Position numbers and translations under genes: made by a program. 64,000 nt of DNA, from NCBI RefSeq assembly GCF_004010195.1, contig NC_057728.1, positions 51,608,552 to 51,672,551 on the forward strand, given 5' to 3'. The notes beneath the pieces were generated by a model. It was not told the origin of the DNA. It did no database searches and saw nothing but the letters and a program-made list of their open reading frames with translations. Shown here in pieces: positions 1-14,425 of this stretch; positions within the stretch are counted from its first letter, which is position 1; each line of letters starts with the position of its first letter. The DNA comes from Chiloscyllium plagiosum (taxonomy: Eukaryota).

Positions 1-255
1 CGCCTTCTTGACCTGCAATCTTCTTCCCGACCTCTCCTCCCCCACCCCCTCTCCGGCCTATCACCCTCACCTTACCCTCCTTCCACCTATCGCATTCCCA
101 ACACCCCTCCCCCAAGTCCCTCCTCCCTACCTTTTATCTTAGCCTGCTTGGCACACCCTCCTATTCCTGAAGAAGGGCTTATGCCCGAAACGTCGATTCT
201 CCTGCTCCTTTGATGCTGCCTGACCTGCTGCGCTTTTCCAGCAACATATTTTTAA
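1..255 (+). mobile_element. Penelope-like element 3' end (pLTR) with hammerhead core at 167-194
   Basis: CTGAAGAAGGGCTTATGCCCGAAACGTC followed by gatgctgcctgacctgctgcgcttttccagca. This is the reverse complement of the copy at 53185-53510. Confidence 0.8.
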
Positions 256-960
256 GGAGTTGGGAAGGGGTCATGATAGGGCATTAGATGATTATTTGAA
301 TAAAATAATATGTAAGGCTACCGTGAAAAGGCCGGAGAATGGCACGGAGTCTATCTTGCTCATTCAGAGAGCTGGGGCAGAGACAGAATGGGCTAACTGA
401 CCTTCTTCAGCATCATAACAGTGCTGTGATTCTAGAGACAGGATCTCTACTCAGAAGAAAAGAGCTCCCCTCAACTGCCCTCCTTCCCCTGAGGGGATTT
501 TACATTGCACTGACAGTGAATGTTTCCTTTCATGGGGACAAGCAAAGCCATCAGCTATCCATGCAAGACAATCATCAAGAAATCCAAGAGAGAATTGAAA
601 AGAAAACGCTTTCCCCAGACGATGATGAACGTGTGTGACTCACTATCCAAGGGAATGCTGTAAGTGAATATTAAGTCAAGGCTGGATAAATATTATGGGA
701 ACAGGAAATGGAGGGTTACTTTAGGAAAGGTGGAAGGAAGCGCGAGTGAAGCATAAAACCACCATGGACTGCTTGGGTTAATGGGTCTGTTCCTGTGTTG
801 TTTAACCTGTAATGGGAAAGGGTGGTGAAATTTTGTAAATTGAAATTGAGGTACAGGGCAGACACAATCTTATTGAATGATGGCCAATGAGTCTGGAGGG
901 GCTGTCTATTCTCCTCCTATTCCTATAACTGCCAGGGTCTACAAAAGGAAGAATCATTTG

Positions 961-1332
961 TGGGCGGCACGATGGCATGTGGGCGGCACGGTGGCGGTGG
1001 GCGGCACGGTGGCACAGTGGTTAGCACTGCTGCCTCGCAGCGCCAGAGATCCGGGTTCAATTCCCGCCTCAGGCGACTGACTGTGTGGAGTTTGCACGTT
1101 CTCCCCGTGTCTGCGTGGGTTTCCTCCGGGTGCTCCGGTTTCCTCCCACAGTCCAAAGATGTGCAGGGTCAGGTGAATTGGCCATACTAAATTGCCCGTA
1201 GTGTTAGGTAAGGGGTAAATGTAGGGGTATGGGTGGGTTTTGCTTCGGCGGGTCGGTGTGGACTTGTTGGGCCGAAGGGCCTGTTTCCACACTGTAATCT
1301 AATCTAATCTAATCTAATCTAATCTAATCTAA
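961..1332 (+). mobile_element. HE1-type tRNA-derived SINE, full length, with triplicated 5' end and (AATCT)n tail
   Basis: A box TGGCACAGTGG and B box GGTTCAATTCC, HE1 body (tgtggagtttgcacgttctccccgtgtctgcgtgggtttcctccgggtgctccgg), CR1-like 3' tail. Confidence 0.9.
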
Positions 1333-1769
1333 TTTTCACATTTGGAATATTCAAATTATTAATCTGATATTTCTCTTTCCAGACTAGTCAGTATTTCCAG
1401 CACTTTCTGTTTTGATGCAGCGTAATAAGGTTGGAATCACATTTACAATTGTCTCAGAAGCCTCTGAACATAACAAATTGCCACAGAATCTGTTTATTTC
1501 AAAACCGCCAGGGACAAATTGCTATTGCATTGTTTCCATCATTTGCTATGACAATGTAAAATGAATGCGCCTGAAGGGAACTTTGTGGATCCACTGAGAA
1601 TTAAAGATGATGGGACAGAGACACAGAATCGTGTGGGGTCAGATCAAACAGACATGAACATAATGCAAAACATTTGATCGTAACCAGAGAGAGCTTTAAA
1701 AGACTATTACTGTATAATGTGCAGGATGTGATATTAGTGTTTATTGGTGCAAAGTGTGGACTTTATAGA

Positions 1770-2265
1770 CAGAAGGACATACATTTCCAAAGCACCACCA
1801 ACCCCTCCAGGACATCAAAAGCATGCCACAGCAAAAGAGGCTGAACTGTTATCTAATATTTTCTGTTTTTATTTCAGATCTTCACAGTACTTTGTTTTTA
1901 CCTTTAAATACTTGTAATGTAGGAAACTTGGCATTCAATTTTCACACAGTACTGTTCCACAGATAGCCATGTGATAATGATCAGATAATCTACTGTAATT
2001 ATGCAATTTGATCAAGGGATTTTAAATCAGGAATTTAATTCTCTGTCCAGTCTTTTCCAATAGGATCCTTTATAACCACTCATGAGAGTAAGTGGAGCCT
2101 CGGTTTGCCAACGCATCCAACAAATGGTACCTCTGACAATTCAGCACTCCCTCAATTCTGCACTGGAGTCTCAGCCATGAGTTTTTGCCTTGTTGAGTTT
2201 TGTCGAACTGTATGTATAACATTCTGACTCAGGTGAAAGAACCACCCACTGAGTCATAGCTGTCT
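1770..2265 (-). mobile_element. Old Deu-domain SINE (SacSINE/AmnSINE-like) remnant
   Basis: cctctgacaattcagcactccctcaattctgcactggag and ctgactcagg...cccactgagtcatagctg are the reverse complement of a tRNA-like head plus Deu-like core. Related copies are at 5850-6065, 26495-26960 and 32365-32770. Confidence 0.55.
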
Positions 2266-3299
2266 ACTTTAGAACTCATCATTCTATGTTTAATAATGTT
2301 CTGCAGAGGCATATGTACACTGCAACAGGTTGTAAGCTTGTCGGATAATTATCCTGTGATTGTCTGGACTCTGTGTTGGGAAGAAGAAACATTAGCCTGC
2401 ATTCTGCTCCTGTTTGTAATTTGATGAACCTGTTGGAATGCGTGTTTAAAAATACCAGTGATTGTTGGGGGTGGGGTGATGGTGGTGTCATGAGATTGGA
2501 AATCTACAGAGTGGAATTAATGGGTTCAAATCCCACTATAGCAACTCATGGAATTTTAAATTCAATCCATAAAATCTGCAGATTTAGGCTCCACAATACT
2601 GGCTGTGAAACTATCATTAATTGTCATAAAAATTCATCTGGGTCCACCTTGGGAAATCAATCTGCTGTCATGATTTCTAACTGCAGACTATATCTAACTG
2701 CAGACCCACAGCAATATCATTAACTCTGAAATGCCCTAACAAACTGCTCAGTTGGAGGGAAACTGGATGGGTAATGAGAGTTGGCCCAGCCAGCAACATG
2801 TACATCTCATGAAAGGAATAAAACACGATTCTTCTTAAGCAACTGATTCAAGCATCTGATCTGGGTGCAGGGACAGCGTTTCTAAATCATCTTGGGAAAG
2901 CCAGTGTCTTTGTTAGCAATGGTAGTGGCCATGGACATATCACAGTTTGTGATCAATCTGTTATTTCTTACCATTTTTAAAATTTGCTGGCATTCATGAG
3001 CATTTTGTGTCAATTGTTGTGATTTTAACTTTATCCAAGTGCCATTATTGACACCAATGGATTTCTCAGGGGTAGCTGTCCTCTCATAGACAATTGGAAC
3101 TCAACAAGAGAATAAATAAGAGTTGGGGTAGACCAATCAGCCCATTGAGTCCATTTCCGCCATTCAATACGATCTTGGACTTCAACTCCACCTCCCTACC
3201 CTCTCCTCAAATTTCTTAATTCTCTACAGACTAACAACCTGTCTCTCTCAGTCCAACCTGTATTCAATAATGGAGACTCCACTCTCCATTAGAGTGCTC

Positions 3300-4650
3300 T
3301 ACAATATTAGCATCTGTCTAGCAATGTGTAAAATTGCTGAGGTATGTCCTGTTCACAAAAATCAGCTTGCATTCAATTCAACCAGTTTCTACTCTGCCTA
3401 TTCAATACCTAGCAAGATACCGGAAAATGTAATTGCTAATAGTTTAAGTAGTTACTCACCAATAAGCTACTCACTGATGTTTAGTGTGGATTCTGACAGG
3501 GCTACTCAGCTCCAAATCACCTTACAGTCTTGGTACAAGCATAGACAAAAGAGCTGAATTCCAGATATAAGCTGAGAGTGACTACCTTTGATGCCAAAGC
3601 AGTCTTTGAATAGTGTGACATCAAGGAGTCCTCGCCAAATTGAGTCATTGGGAATCAATGGGAAACATTTCATTGGCTGAAGCTTTACCTAGCAACAAGG
3701 ATGCCAATCACTGCAACCTGGGTCAGCTCTGCAGGAGCTCCTCCGGATTGTGCCCAAAACCCATTCATTTTCAGTTACTTCTTCAGTTGGCTTCCCTTGT
3801 AAGTTTCGATTAGATGGTTGCCGATCACTGGATGATCGCACGTTCACAATTCCTCAGATCCTGAAACATGTTGTGCCTAAATGCAGCAAGGCTGGGGCAA
3901 TGTTCAGGCTGGATATTGACTGGTAACATTCGCACTACACAAGTGCCAGGGAATGACCATCTCCAACAAGTGAAATTCTAATCCCATCTCCTTGGCGTTC
4001 AGTGAAATTACCATTGCTGAATCCTCCATTAACAATTCCTCAGGGTTACCTTTGTCCAGAAAATGAACAGAACTGGCCATATAAATACAGTGGCTGCAAA
4101 AACGGGTCAGTAGCTAGGAATAGTGAAAGGAGTGACTCAACTCCTGTTTCCCAAAGGCCTGCACACAATTGACAAGGCACAAGTCAGGAATGTGATGGAA
4201 TACTCTCCACTTGCCTGGATGAGTGCAGCTCCAACAGCACTCAAAGCTGAACACAATACAGCAATTTGTGCAGTGCCTCATTCATTCCCCTAACATTTAC
4301 TCCCTCTACCATGAATGCACAGTGGTAAACTTATAAGATGCACTGAAGCAACTCATCAAGTCACACTTAACAACACTTTCCAAACCCACAACCTTTCTCA
4401 TCAAGACAATAGAGCATCAGGTGCACAGGGACACCACTATCTGCAAGTTCTCCTCCATGACACATACCATCCTGCTTTGGAATTGTAACTTCATTACTTC
4501 AAAGTCACTGAGTCAAAATCCCAATTCCCAATCCGCACAATGGGTTGCCTATGCCCATGGATTGGAATGGTTCAACAAGAAAATTCCACATCACCTTCTC
4601 TATGTCAAGTAGGGATGGTATAAATGTTGGCACTTCCCGCGAAGGAATAA
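3300..4650 (+). mobile_element. Decayed CR1/L2-clade LINE, 3' part
   Basis: RT-like remnant (CKIAEVCPVHK) and collinear similarity to the reverse complement of 6700-8275 (e.g. caaggcacaagtcaggaatgtgatggaatactctccactt). Confidence 0.7.
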
Positions 4651-6699
4651 TAGAACAATTTAATACAGGCATTTCTGATCTCCAGCTTGTCTACTTGCAT
4701 TGACGGACCAAGAGTTAAGTAAATTTGCGTTGTGTAAAACTTTGCTGAGATTTTCCAATTACTGGTGTTGTGTATTAATCATCGACGACTGTGCACAGAC
4801 ATGCTGTTAATTTCCAGGATAACAATCTCAGAAAAGCAGCGGATTGAGCCTTAATCTGATCTCCTTAATTATATTGAAAATAAGAGGAAAATAATCAAGT
4901 CAGCATTCATGTTTCACCCTTTGCAGTATAAATTTATGCTACTTCTAACAAAATTGAGTAGATGTTTATCAAAATAATAAAATACATTATGGGAAATCCT
5001 GGTTAATAGGAGAACTATGCCAAATTTTGCCATAGCTTTAGAATATGACTTGGACAGATACTTGGGAACCTGGTTTACCTTTGAAAGATGAGCCTGAATG
5101 AGTGGATTCACAGAATCACATTGCAGAGCAGAAGGAGACCATTCTGCCTTAATATCTGTGCTGGCTCTTTGCAAGAGTAATCAATCCAGTCCTATTTCCC
5201 TGTCTCCTTTCTGTAACCCTGCAAATATTTTTCTTCAGATAATTATCCAATTTCTTTTTGAAAGCCATGATTGAATCTCCCTCATCATGCTAGCAGGTGG
5301 TATATTCCAACTGCCTGTGAAAAATGGGTTCCCCCACGCCACCCTTGGTTCTTTAGTTAGTTGCTTTCATTCTGTACCCTCTTGACTCTTCTACCAATGG
5401 GACAGCTTCCCAGCTTTGTCCAGATTCTTCATAATTTTGAACACCTCGGTCAAATCTTCTCTTAGCCTTTCCTTCTCCATGGACAATAGTCACAGCTCCT
5501 CCAGTTTACCCATGTTACTGAATTACCCCATCACTGGCAGCATTATCCTGAATCATTTCTTCACACTCTCTATTGTCTCCTGCCCAAAATTGGACATAAT
5601 ACCGATCTGTTAGATGATTGGTCAAGCAAATTGTAACAGACGTTTCACCCTTGCCTGGTGGGTGAAAAACTCCGCCTTACATCCCATCTGCTTTTATATT
5701 CTTATTCTGCACAGGACCAAAGGATCTTTTTATGATCAATTAATGCACTGCTGCAATGTATCTATATATTTTGTAAACAACACATTATATCACTTTACGA
5801 TTGGCAGGACAATGCCATGTTATTAAAGGGAAGAGCATTGGTTAGACAGTGGGACAGTCCCCTGCTTTCCCAAGTGCATTGTGGGTCTCTTTGACAGCCA
5901 CTTGACCAAGCCTGAGTTCAACATTTCATGAAGAATGATACCATTAACGGTGCCACACCCCTCTTAGTACAGTACCCAGAGTGTACTCCAATCTCACCAA
6001 GTGCTGAACCCACAGCTTTCTAACTCTGAGATGAGAGTGCTGCTAACTGTACAAAGCTGGCACTTGATGCGATGGAGACATACTTGCATTGGGTGGGGGA
6101 AGAGGCAAAGTAAATAACAGCTTCTGTCAACCTGTCAAGCAAAGACGCTATCTATTTAAGTGTTGTGTTTAATGAGAAAAAAACAGTCTGAGTAATTGTT
6201 TGATTTGGCTCCTGGCAGATAGGACAGTCTCATAAAGAGACAAGTGAGAAACCAACACAGTTGATAACGGTTATTGACACAGCAACACTAGACACATCCG
6301 TCACTCAGAACATGGAAACTTTCACAGAACAACAGCCAAACATCTTGTTCACAATCATCCACTGATATATTTTTCTGACTGGGTGTAAATTACACCTACG
6401 CCAGTCAACAATGTAAAGGGACTCGCAACATCAATATTCCATCATCAGACATCTGCAAATATTTTAATACATGTTGACAATGATAATCTGAGGAGGAACA
6501 TAGACTGCTCTGACATTTAGCGCAATGTAGAATATCTTTAAATTTTCAGTCAATGTATTAGATCACAAATATACTAGCAGATCTTCCATAGCATTGCTTG
6601 TGGTAATTCCAATGATAGACTTTTACAAAGACAGCAGGAAATATACTATTCAATTTATTCAGCTCTTAAAACTAAGATCTTTGTTTTTATTTTATTGAT

Positions 6700-8275
6700 T
6701 TATTTGTCAGATGTGGGCATCGCTGGCTGACCAGCATTTATTGCCTGTCCCTAGTTGCCCTGAAGAAGGTGGTAGTGAGCTGCCTTCTTGAACCCCTGCA
6801 TTCCACCTACTGTGGGTTGACCCACAATGCCATTAGGGAGGGAATTCCAGGGTTTTGACCCATCGACAGTGAAGGAATGGCAATATATTTCCAAGTCTGG
6901 ATGGTGCAGGGCTTGGAGGGGAATTTGAAGGTGGTGTTCCCATATATCTGATGACCTTGCCCTTCCAGTTGGAAATGGTCATGGGTTTAGGAGGTGTTGT
7001 CTGAGGATCTTCAGTGAATTTCTGGAGGGCATCTTGTAGATAGTACACACAGCTGCTACTGAGCACCAGTGGTGGAGGGAGTGGATGTTTGTGGATGTAG
7101 TGCCAACCAAGTGGGATGCTTTGTCAAGCTTCTTGAGTATTGTTGGGACTCATTCAAGTAAGTGGGGAGTATTCCATCACACACCTGACTTGTGCCTTGT
7201 AGATGGTGGACAGGCTCTGGGGAGTCAGGAAGTGAATTACTTGCCACTGTATTCTGAGCCCCTGGCCTGCTCTTGTAGCCACTGTGTTTATGATGTGAGT
7301 CCAGTTGAGTTTCTGGTCAATGATAACCCTCAGGATGTTGATAGTGGAGGATTCAGTAATGGTATCGCCATTGAATGTCAAGGAGCAGTGGTTAGATAAT
7401 CTCTTATTGATGATCATTGTAGCCTGGCGTTTGTGTGGCACGATTGCCCCTTGTCACTTGTCAGCCCAAGCCTGGATATTGTCCAGATCTTGTTGCATTG
7501 AACATGGACTGCTTCAGTATCTGAGGAGTCATGAATGGTGCTGAACATTGTGCAGTTAATGGCGATATTTCCGCTTCTGACATGATGGTAGACAGAAGGT
7601 CATTGATGAAGCAGCTGAAGACGGTTGGGCCAGGACCCTACCCTGAGGAACTCCTGCAGAGATGTCCTGGAGCTGAGATGACTGACCGCCAACAACCACA
7701 ACCACCTTCCTATATGTCAGCTATGACTCCAACCAGTGGTTTTCCCCTGGATATGCATTGATTCCAGTTTTGCGAAAGCTTCTAAATGTCACACTTGGTC
7801 AAATGCAATCTTGATGTCAAGAGCTGTTATTCTGACCTCACCTCTGGAATTCAGCTGTCTAGTCCATGCTTGAACCAGGCCTGTAGGGAGGTCAGGAGTT
7901 GAGTGGCCCTGGCGGAATGTGAACTGGGCGTCACTGAGCAAGTTATTGCTAAACAGGTGCTGCTTGATAGCACTGTTGATGACAATTTCTATCACTTTAC
8001 TGATGGTCAAGAGTAAACTGATTGATTCGGTGGCAATTGGCCAAGTTGGTTTGGTCCTGCATTTTATGTACAGGCCATATCTGGGCAATTTTCCATATTG
8101 TCGAGCAGTTACCAATGTTGTAACTGTACTGGAATAGCTTGGTTAATGGAGCGGCAAGTTCTGGAGCACAAGTCTTCAGTACTATTGTTGGAATGTTGCC
8201 AAGGCTCAATGCCTTTTCAGTATCCAGTGCCTCCAACTGTTGTGGAGTGAATCAAATTGGCTGAAGAATGGTACC
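6700..8275 (-). mobile_element. CR1/L2-clade LINE, 5'-truncated, frameshifted ORF2
   Basis: ORF fragments LKTCAPELAAPLTKLFQYSY, WKIAQIWPVHK, AQFTFRQGHST, ALDIKIAFDQV, IYKAQVRCVMEYS. Confidence 0.85.
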
Positions 8276-8563
8276 TGACGAGGGAGTCACGGAGGGAGTG
8301 GTCTTTTCGGAACGCTGATAGGGGAGGGGAGGGAAATATATCACTGGTGGTGGGGTCCGTTTGGAGGTGGCGGAAATGACGGTGGATGATACGATGTATA
8401 TGGAGGTTGGTGGGGTGGTAGGTGAGGACCAGTGGGGTTCTGTCCTGGTCCTCACCTACCACCCCACCAAACCCCATGTACAACGTATCATCCGCCGTTA
8501 TTTCCGCCACCTCCAAACGGACCCCACCACCAAGGATATATTTCCCTCCCCTCCCCTACCAGC
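8276..8563. mobile_element. Penelope-like ORF fragment arranged as an inverted repeat, abutting the gap
   Basis: PLVLTYHPT...IIHRHFRHLQTDPTT.DIFPSPPL is encoded on both strands. The arms span about 8314-8432 and 8444-8563. Confidence 0.75.
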
Positions 8564-9455
8564 NNNNNNNNNNNNNNNNNNNNNNNNNNNNNNNNNNNNN
8601 NNNNNNNNNNNNNNNNNNNNNNNNNNNNNNNNNNNNNNNNNNNNNNNNNNNNNNNNNNNNNNNNNNNNNNNNNNNNNNNNNNNNNNNNNNNNNNNNNNNN
8701 NNNNNNNNNNNNNNNNNNNNNNNNNNNNNNNNNNNNNNNNNNNNNNNNNNNNNNNNNNNNNNNNNNNNNNNNNNNNNNNNNNNNNNNNNNNNNNNNNNNN
8801 NNNNNNNNNNNNNNNNNNNNNNNNNNNNNNNNNNNNNNNNNNNNNNNNNNNNNNNNNNNNNNNNNNNNNNNNNNNNNNNNNNNNNNNNNNNNNNNNNNNN
8901 NNNNNNNNNNNNNNNNNNNNNNNNNNNNNNNNNNNNNNNNNNNNNNNNNNNNNNNNNNNNNNNNNNNNNNNNNNNNNNNNNNNNNNNNNNNNNNNNNNNN
9001 NNNNNNNNNNNNNNNNNNNNNNNNNNNNNNNNNNNNNNNNNNNNNNNNNNNNNNNNNNNNNNNNNNNNNNNNNNNNNNNNNNNNNNNNNNNNNNNNNNNN
9101 NNNNNNNNNNNNNNNNNNNNNNNNNNNNNNNNNNNNNNNNNNNNNNNNNNNNNNNNNNNNNNNNNNNNNNNNNNNNNNNNNNNNNNNNNNNNNNNNNNNN
9201 NNNNNNNNNNNNNNNNNNNNNNNNNNNNNNNNNNNNNNNNNNNNNNNNNNNNNNNNNNNNNNNNNNNNNNNNNNNNNNNNNNNNNNNNNNNNNNNNNNNN
9301 NNNNNNNNNNNNNNNNNNNNNNNNNNNNNNNNNNNNNNNNNNNNNNNNNNNNNNNNNNNNNNNNNNNNNNNNNNNNNNNNNNNNNNNNNNNNNNNNNNNN
9401 NNNNNNNNNNNNNNNNNNNNNNNNNNNNNNNNNNNNNNNNNNNNNNNNNNNNNNN
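8564..9455. other. Assembly gap (892 N)
   Basis: Run of n. Confidence 1.
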
Positions 9456-11919
9456 TGGATAATAATGGAACAGTGTAGGTTGGATGGGCATCAGATTATT
9501 TTCACAGGTTGTGCAACATTGAGGGCCAAAGGGCCTGTACTGCGCTGTAACATTCTATGTTCTGGGTACACAACTTCACCAATTCCCTGTGCTGGATCAG
9601 TCATGCTGGAGTGAATGACCTTCAGATGTTCTAAATCCTAGAGATAGTTGTACCAGCAACTAATAGATATACCAGCACACCATATATCAGCCTTTATCAA
9701 ATGGCAGGGCAGATCTGATGGGCCAAATGGCCCAATTCTGCTCTTATATCTTATTCTGGGATCTAACAGGAGTCACACAAACCATGGAATCAGTCAAACA
9801 TCAGTGTCACAAGGGAAACTGAAGCATTGGTTTGAACTCAAAGTAATGCTGAAGAAAATGGCAGACCTACAAAAACAGGTGCAGACACACAGCACTCACA
9901 ACAGGGAGCTGCAAACCATTCATGGGTCTATCCTTTCAGGCAGAAATATCAATGATGATGCTCCAGTGAAATAACTGAAGCAGACAGAGGAAACCAAACA
10001 ACCACAGAAGTAACCAATGGAAGAAGTGCAGGTATCTAAGAATACAAAAAACAAAATGAGCTGAAGAAGCTGGGCAGTTATTATAGCAGGTTTATGAAGG
10101 GAAAATATACTTAACCCACAGAAGGCTAAACCTTTTATAGAAGTGGAAGAATCCAGCATGTACAACGAGAAGATTCAAAATGAAATGGAAGCTGTTAAGG
10201 ACCAAAACAATCAATTCTGAAAAGGTTTGAACTACTCCAAGTAACTTGACGAATGAGATCAGTCTGTGGCTAGTCTGAAAGAAAACTTGGTGCAATACTC
10301 AAACAAGAGCAAAATTCTGAAATACTGGAAGACTGAAATAAAAACAGGGAATGCTGCAAACCTCAACAAGTCTGCCAGCATCTGTGAAGCAAGAAAAAGG
10401 GAGTGAATGTTTCAGGTTTGATAGGACTCATCTTCAGAATTTTGGTGTAATACATCAGGAGAAGCAAGTTCTGGAACAGCAATTGCCATCTTTGAAAGAA
10501 AAACTTGAGGGACATGAACAAAGCTGACCAACAAAATCACCATCACCAGATCTGGATGCTGCAAGGAATCTTTTTTTCCCATTATGAACCATAAGCTAGA
10601 ATGGACGTTAAAATACTAGGAGAGTTTTGCAAGTTGGAAAATTCAGATCGCGCCCCTTTTTAGCTGTACATGACAGTGTTACTTTTGAAGGCAGTGAGCA
10701 TTTTACATCACTGAATCAGAACATCACTAGGAATCTTTGCTATATGGAAAAGAAAATGCTTGAAAACATCTCTTCGACTGATTGAGCTGTGTGTCATCAT
10801 TGCTAAAATCAAAAGGAACTGAGAAAGACAACTTAACCCACACTCGTGATCTGGACTTTGATCTTCAGAGTCTTTGTTTTGCCTGTGTTTATGTTTTTCT
10901 CCCATAGTATGCATATCAAGCTGTCTGGCCTATTTGTGACCGAGAGTGTGACTTTGAAAGGGGTATGGTTTAAGTTGCACAGCAGTACATTAATATTTTT
11001 TTTCTCTCTGCCATTTGTTAAAGGATGTTTGACTACAACAAATAGGGTTATTTTTCTGATAATGATGTAAACTGATGTGAACTACTTGTGCCCAGAGTAA
11101 TTCAACCAAATTGTTTGGGTATTTAAATATTTGTGGTAGCTTGTGGAATAATGGGGCTTGATTATTAATGTGCTCTTAACACCTGTAATTACCTTATGTG
11201 TTATACAGACTTTCTTGTTGTTGTAATATTTTTTTAGAAAGCAGGGGATGCTGCATGTATATATTGCCATTAAGAGAGTTCACCTTTAAGGACCCCATGT
11301 ACTTTCTATAAACAATGTTGTGGCTTTGTCTGGTAGTGGTCTGATTTGTGTCTGCAAGCTGCAGACACAGAACTCATTTGGTTGTTGTAATGTGTGCTTC
11401 ATAACTCATAACCTGTTTTACTGCTGTAAAGTAAAGACCCCCACCCTGCAAGCCAGGCACCTCCCTGATTTGGAAATATATCACTTTTCCCTGTGCTCCT
11501 GGGTCAAAATCCTGAAACTCGCTCCCTAATACATTGTACCTTAAATTGTAGTGCACCTACATCAATGGACTGCAATGGATTAAGGCTCACCTTCTGAAGA
11601 GCAACTAGAGATAGGCAATAAATGCTGGCCCAGCTAGTGGCGACAACATCCCATGAATTAATTTTAAAAAACTAACCCACAGAGTAGATTAATCTCAGTC
11701 AAGCTATTATTAGATCATTAGCTCTAATACAATAATACCATCAGACCAGGAACTCATGTAAGTCGATAAGCACCAGCGTGATCAGTGTTGATGCCAGTAA
11801 AGAAGTAGACGTTTGGATGATCTAAAATTTCCAGAAGATGGGAGGCCAGGAGAGGACTGGTGATATTGTCATGACTTGACATAACAAAGGCCTTATATAT
11901 GGTATAGAATAGCAGGAGT

Positions 11920-12030
11920 TAGATTAGATTAGATTACTTACAGCGTGGAAACAGGCCCTTTGGCCCAACAAGTCCACACCGACCCGTCGAAGCACAACCC
12001 ACCCATACCCCTACATTTATCCCTTCACCT
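11920..12030 (-). mobile_element. HE1 SINE, 3' fragment
   Basis: (agatt)n + acagcgtggaaacaggccctttggcccaacaagtccacacc. Confidence 0.8.
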
Positions 12031-12399
12031 TGAAGTGAGTTGAGTTTGTTTGATTACGCTCAATTCCACGAGCCACAGTTATCAATGTTTTAACAGGACA
12101 TTACCAGAACAAATAACATCGTAATTAAAATCAAGAGTAGGCTAGTTACCTCTTTGAGACTGCACTCCCACTCAATAACACCATGGCTGATCTGACTGTA
12201 TTCTCAGCTCATCCATCCCAAATAACCTTTGACTCCCTTGTCAATTAAAAATCTATTTAATTCAGCCTTGAACATATTCAATGATCAAGTCTTCACTGCT
12301 CTCTGGCAAAGAGGATTCCAAAGACTCATAAGCGTCTGACAGAACATATTTCTCCTTACAGATAATATTTTTAATATTTAAAGTAATTGAAATATTTCT

Positions 12400-12750
12400 C
12401 CTCATAGGGGTACAGATAAGGTGAATGGCAAGTGGCTTTTCTCTAGCATGGGGGATTTCAAGACTAAAGGGCATATTTTTTCAAGATGAGATGAGAATGG
12501 TTTTAAAAAGGCATGGGGGCAATTTTTTTACATGGAGAGTGGTTTGTGTGTGGAATGAACTGCCAGAGGAAATGGAGGGTGAGGATACAATTATAATGTT
12601 TAAAAGACATTTGGATAAGTATATGAACAAGGAATGTTTGGAGGGATATGGACCAAGCACAGGCAGGTGGGACTAGTTTAGTTTGGGATTATGGTCAGCA
12701 ATAGACTGGTTGGATTGAGGGTCTATTTCCATGTTATATGACTCTATATT
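12400..12750 (+). mobile_element. CR1 LINE 3' end fragment
   Basis: FFTWRVVCVWNELPEE...FKRHLDKYMN, ending in tatgactcta. Confidence 0.8.
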
Positions 12751-13184
12751 TCAGCCTCATATGGGAGACCCCTAACTTTCAAATTGTTCCAGACCAACCC
12801 ACAAGTGGGAACTGAGAGTTTACAATTCTGAGTATTGATTAAAAATACTAGGGCTCTTTTCTCTAAAGAGAATACTATACAGTGACCTGATAGAGTCTTT
12901 CAACCTAAAACTGAGACCCAAACTACAGTATTTTAGTTTTTGATTTTGTTTGCTTACCATGGCAATTTTAGAGGACTTTTACAATAAATGTATGCTATTA
13001 ATTTATCAGAGCAAAGAAACAATTTTGTGCTGTCACTTCATGTAATATACAAACTCAGTTTCAGAACACTAAGCACTAATATTATAAAAGAGTCACCAGC
13101 CAGGAGATTAATTAAAAGCGATATGTCAATTATGTTACAGTTGATGTGTAAGTAATTAATAATCAGTTATTAATTAAGGCTTAC

Positions 13185-13380
13185 AAAAACAAAAATTGCT
13201 AGAAAAGCTCAGCGGATCTGGAAGCGTCTGTGAAGAGAAATCAGAGTTAACGTTTCAGATCAAGTGACTCTTCCTCAGAACACAGAACTTCACAGATGCT
13301 GCACGAGCTGCTGAGCTTTTCCAGTAATTTCTGTTTTCATTTATGATTTATACAGCATCTGCAGTTCTTTCAGTTTTTAT
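13185..13380. mobile_element. Penelope-like inverted pLTR remnant with a minus-strand hammerhead core
   Basis: The minus strand has CTGAGGAAGAGTCACTTGATCTGAAACGTT. Flanking inverted arms are gctagaaaagctcagc / gctgagcttttccag. Confidence 0.65.
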
Positions 13381-13519
13381 TAATAAAGGCTTAATATTTT
13401 ACTAATTGCACTGATTATCTACAGTTTGAAAGTGATGTTGGAACAGACGTTGAAATGAAAGGAGCAAAATACATCAGTCATGTCATCCCATAAACAGAAA
13501 TAATTGTAAATCCACAGGA

Positions 13520-14425
13520 GAAAGGGAATTTAAACCAATTACAATCACTAAGAGCAAGGTACTGAGGAAATTATTAGAATTGGGATCCAACAAGTTCCCA
13601 CATCCTGATGGATTTAATTCTAGGATTTTAAGAGAAGTTGTTGCTGAAATAGTAGATCCATTGATTTCAATTTTCCAAAATTACTTGGATTCTAGGAAGG
13701 TCCCATCATTTTGGAACATAGCAAATATGACTCCTCGATTTAAGAAAGCAGGGAAGACAGGAAGCAGGAAACTATAGGTTAGTTAGCTTAATGGGGAAAT
13801 GCTGGAACCTGAGAGAGTGGGGTACTTAGAAAATTGCAATGCAATGAGTCAGACTCAACATGGTTTTGTGAAAGGGAAACCACACTTGTTTTATTTATTG
13901 AAATTTCATGAGGAAGTAAATTATTATAATGTAGAAAATTATAATGCAAATTATAATGTAGGAAAAGGTGAATTCATTCATTTTGGCAGGAAAAGTAGAC
14001 AAAAACAGCATGCTATTAAAGTGGAGACAGATTGTAAAACTTTGTGGTACAAAGGGGTTTGTATTTCCTGATTCATGAATCACATAAATTAATATGTAGG
14101 CTCAAGTAAATGAAATGTTGTCATTTATTGCAAGGGGAATAGAATATAAATATGGGGATGCTTTATGGAGGGATTATGTCTACAGTACTGCGTACAAGCT
14201 TTTTTATTTAAGAAAGAACATAAATACATTATAAGCAGATCAATGAGGATTCACCTGGTATGGGGTGTTATGAAGAATTGCATCACACCATCTCTGAAAA
14301 GATTGTTTGGGAAATATCTAGAAGGGTACATTGATGTGGTGAGATGAAGAGGGGATGGGAGGAGGCTTGTGTGAACAATAAATGCCAACATTGACAATTT
14401 GGGCTTAATGCTCTGTTTCTGTGCT
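13520..14425 (+). mobile_element. Decayed, internally deleted CR1 LINE
   Basis: PDGFNSRILREVVAEIVDPLISIFQN, QHGFVKGK. Confidence 0.75.

Noticed and set aside
339..638. 99-aa ORF
   Set aside because: Starts within a CR1 3' remnant; no recognisable domain or convincing splice signals.
877..1292. Overlapping short ORFs (MDCGRKPEHPEETH etc.)
   Set aside because: Translations of the HE1 SINE; they recur at 48399 and 54040.
8361..9614. Long ORFs of 311-417 aa
   Set aside because: Artifacts of translating the N gap.
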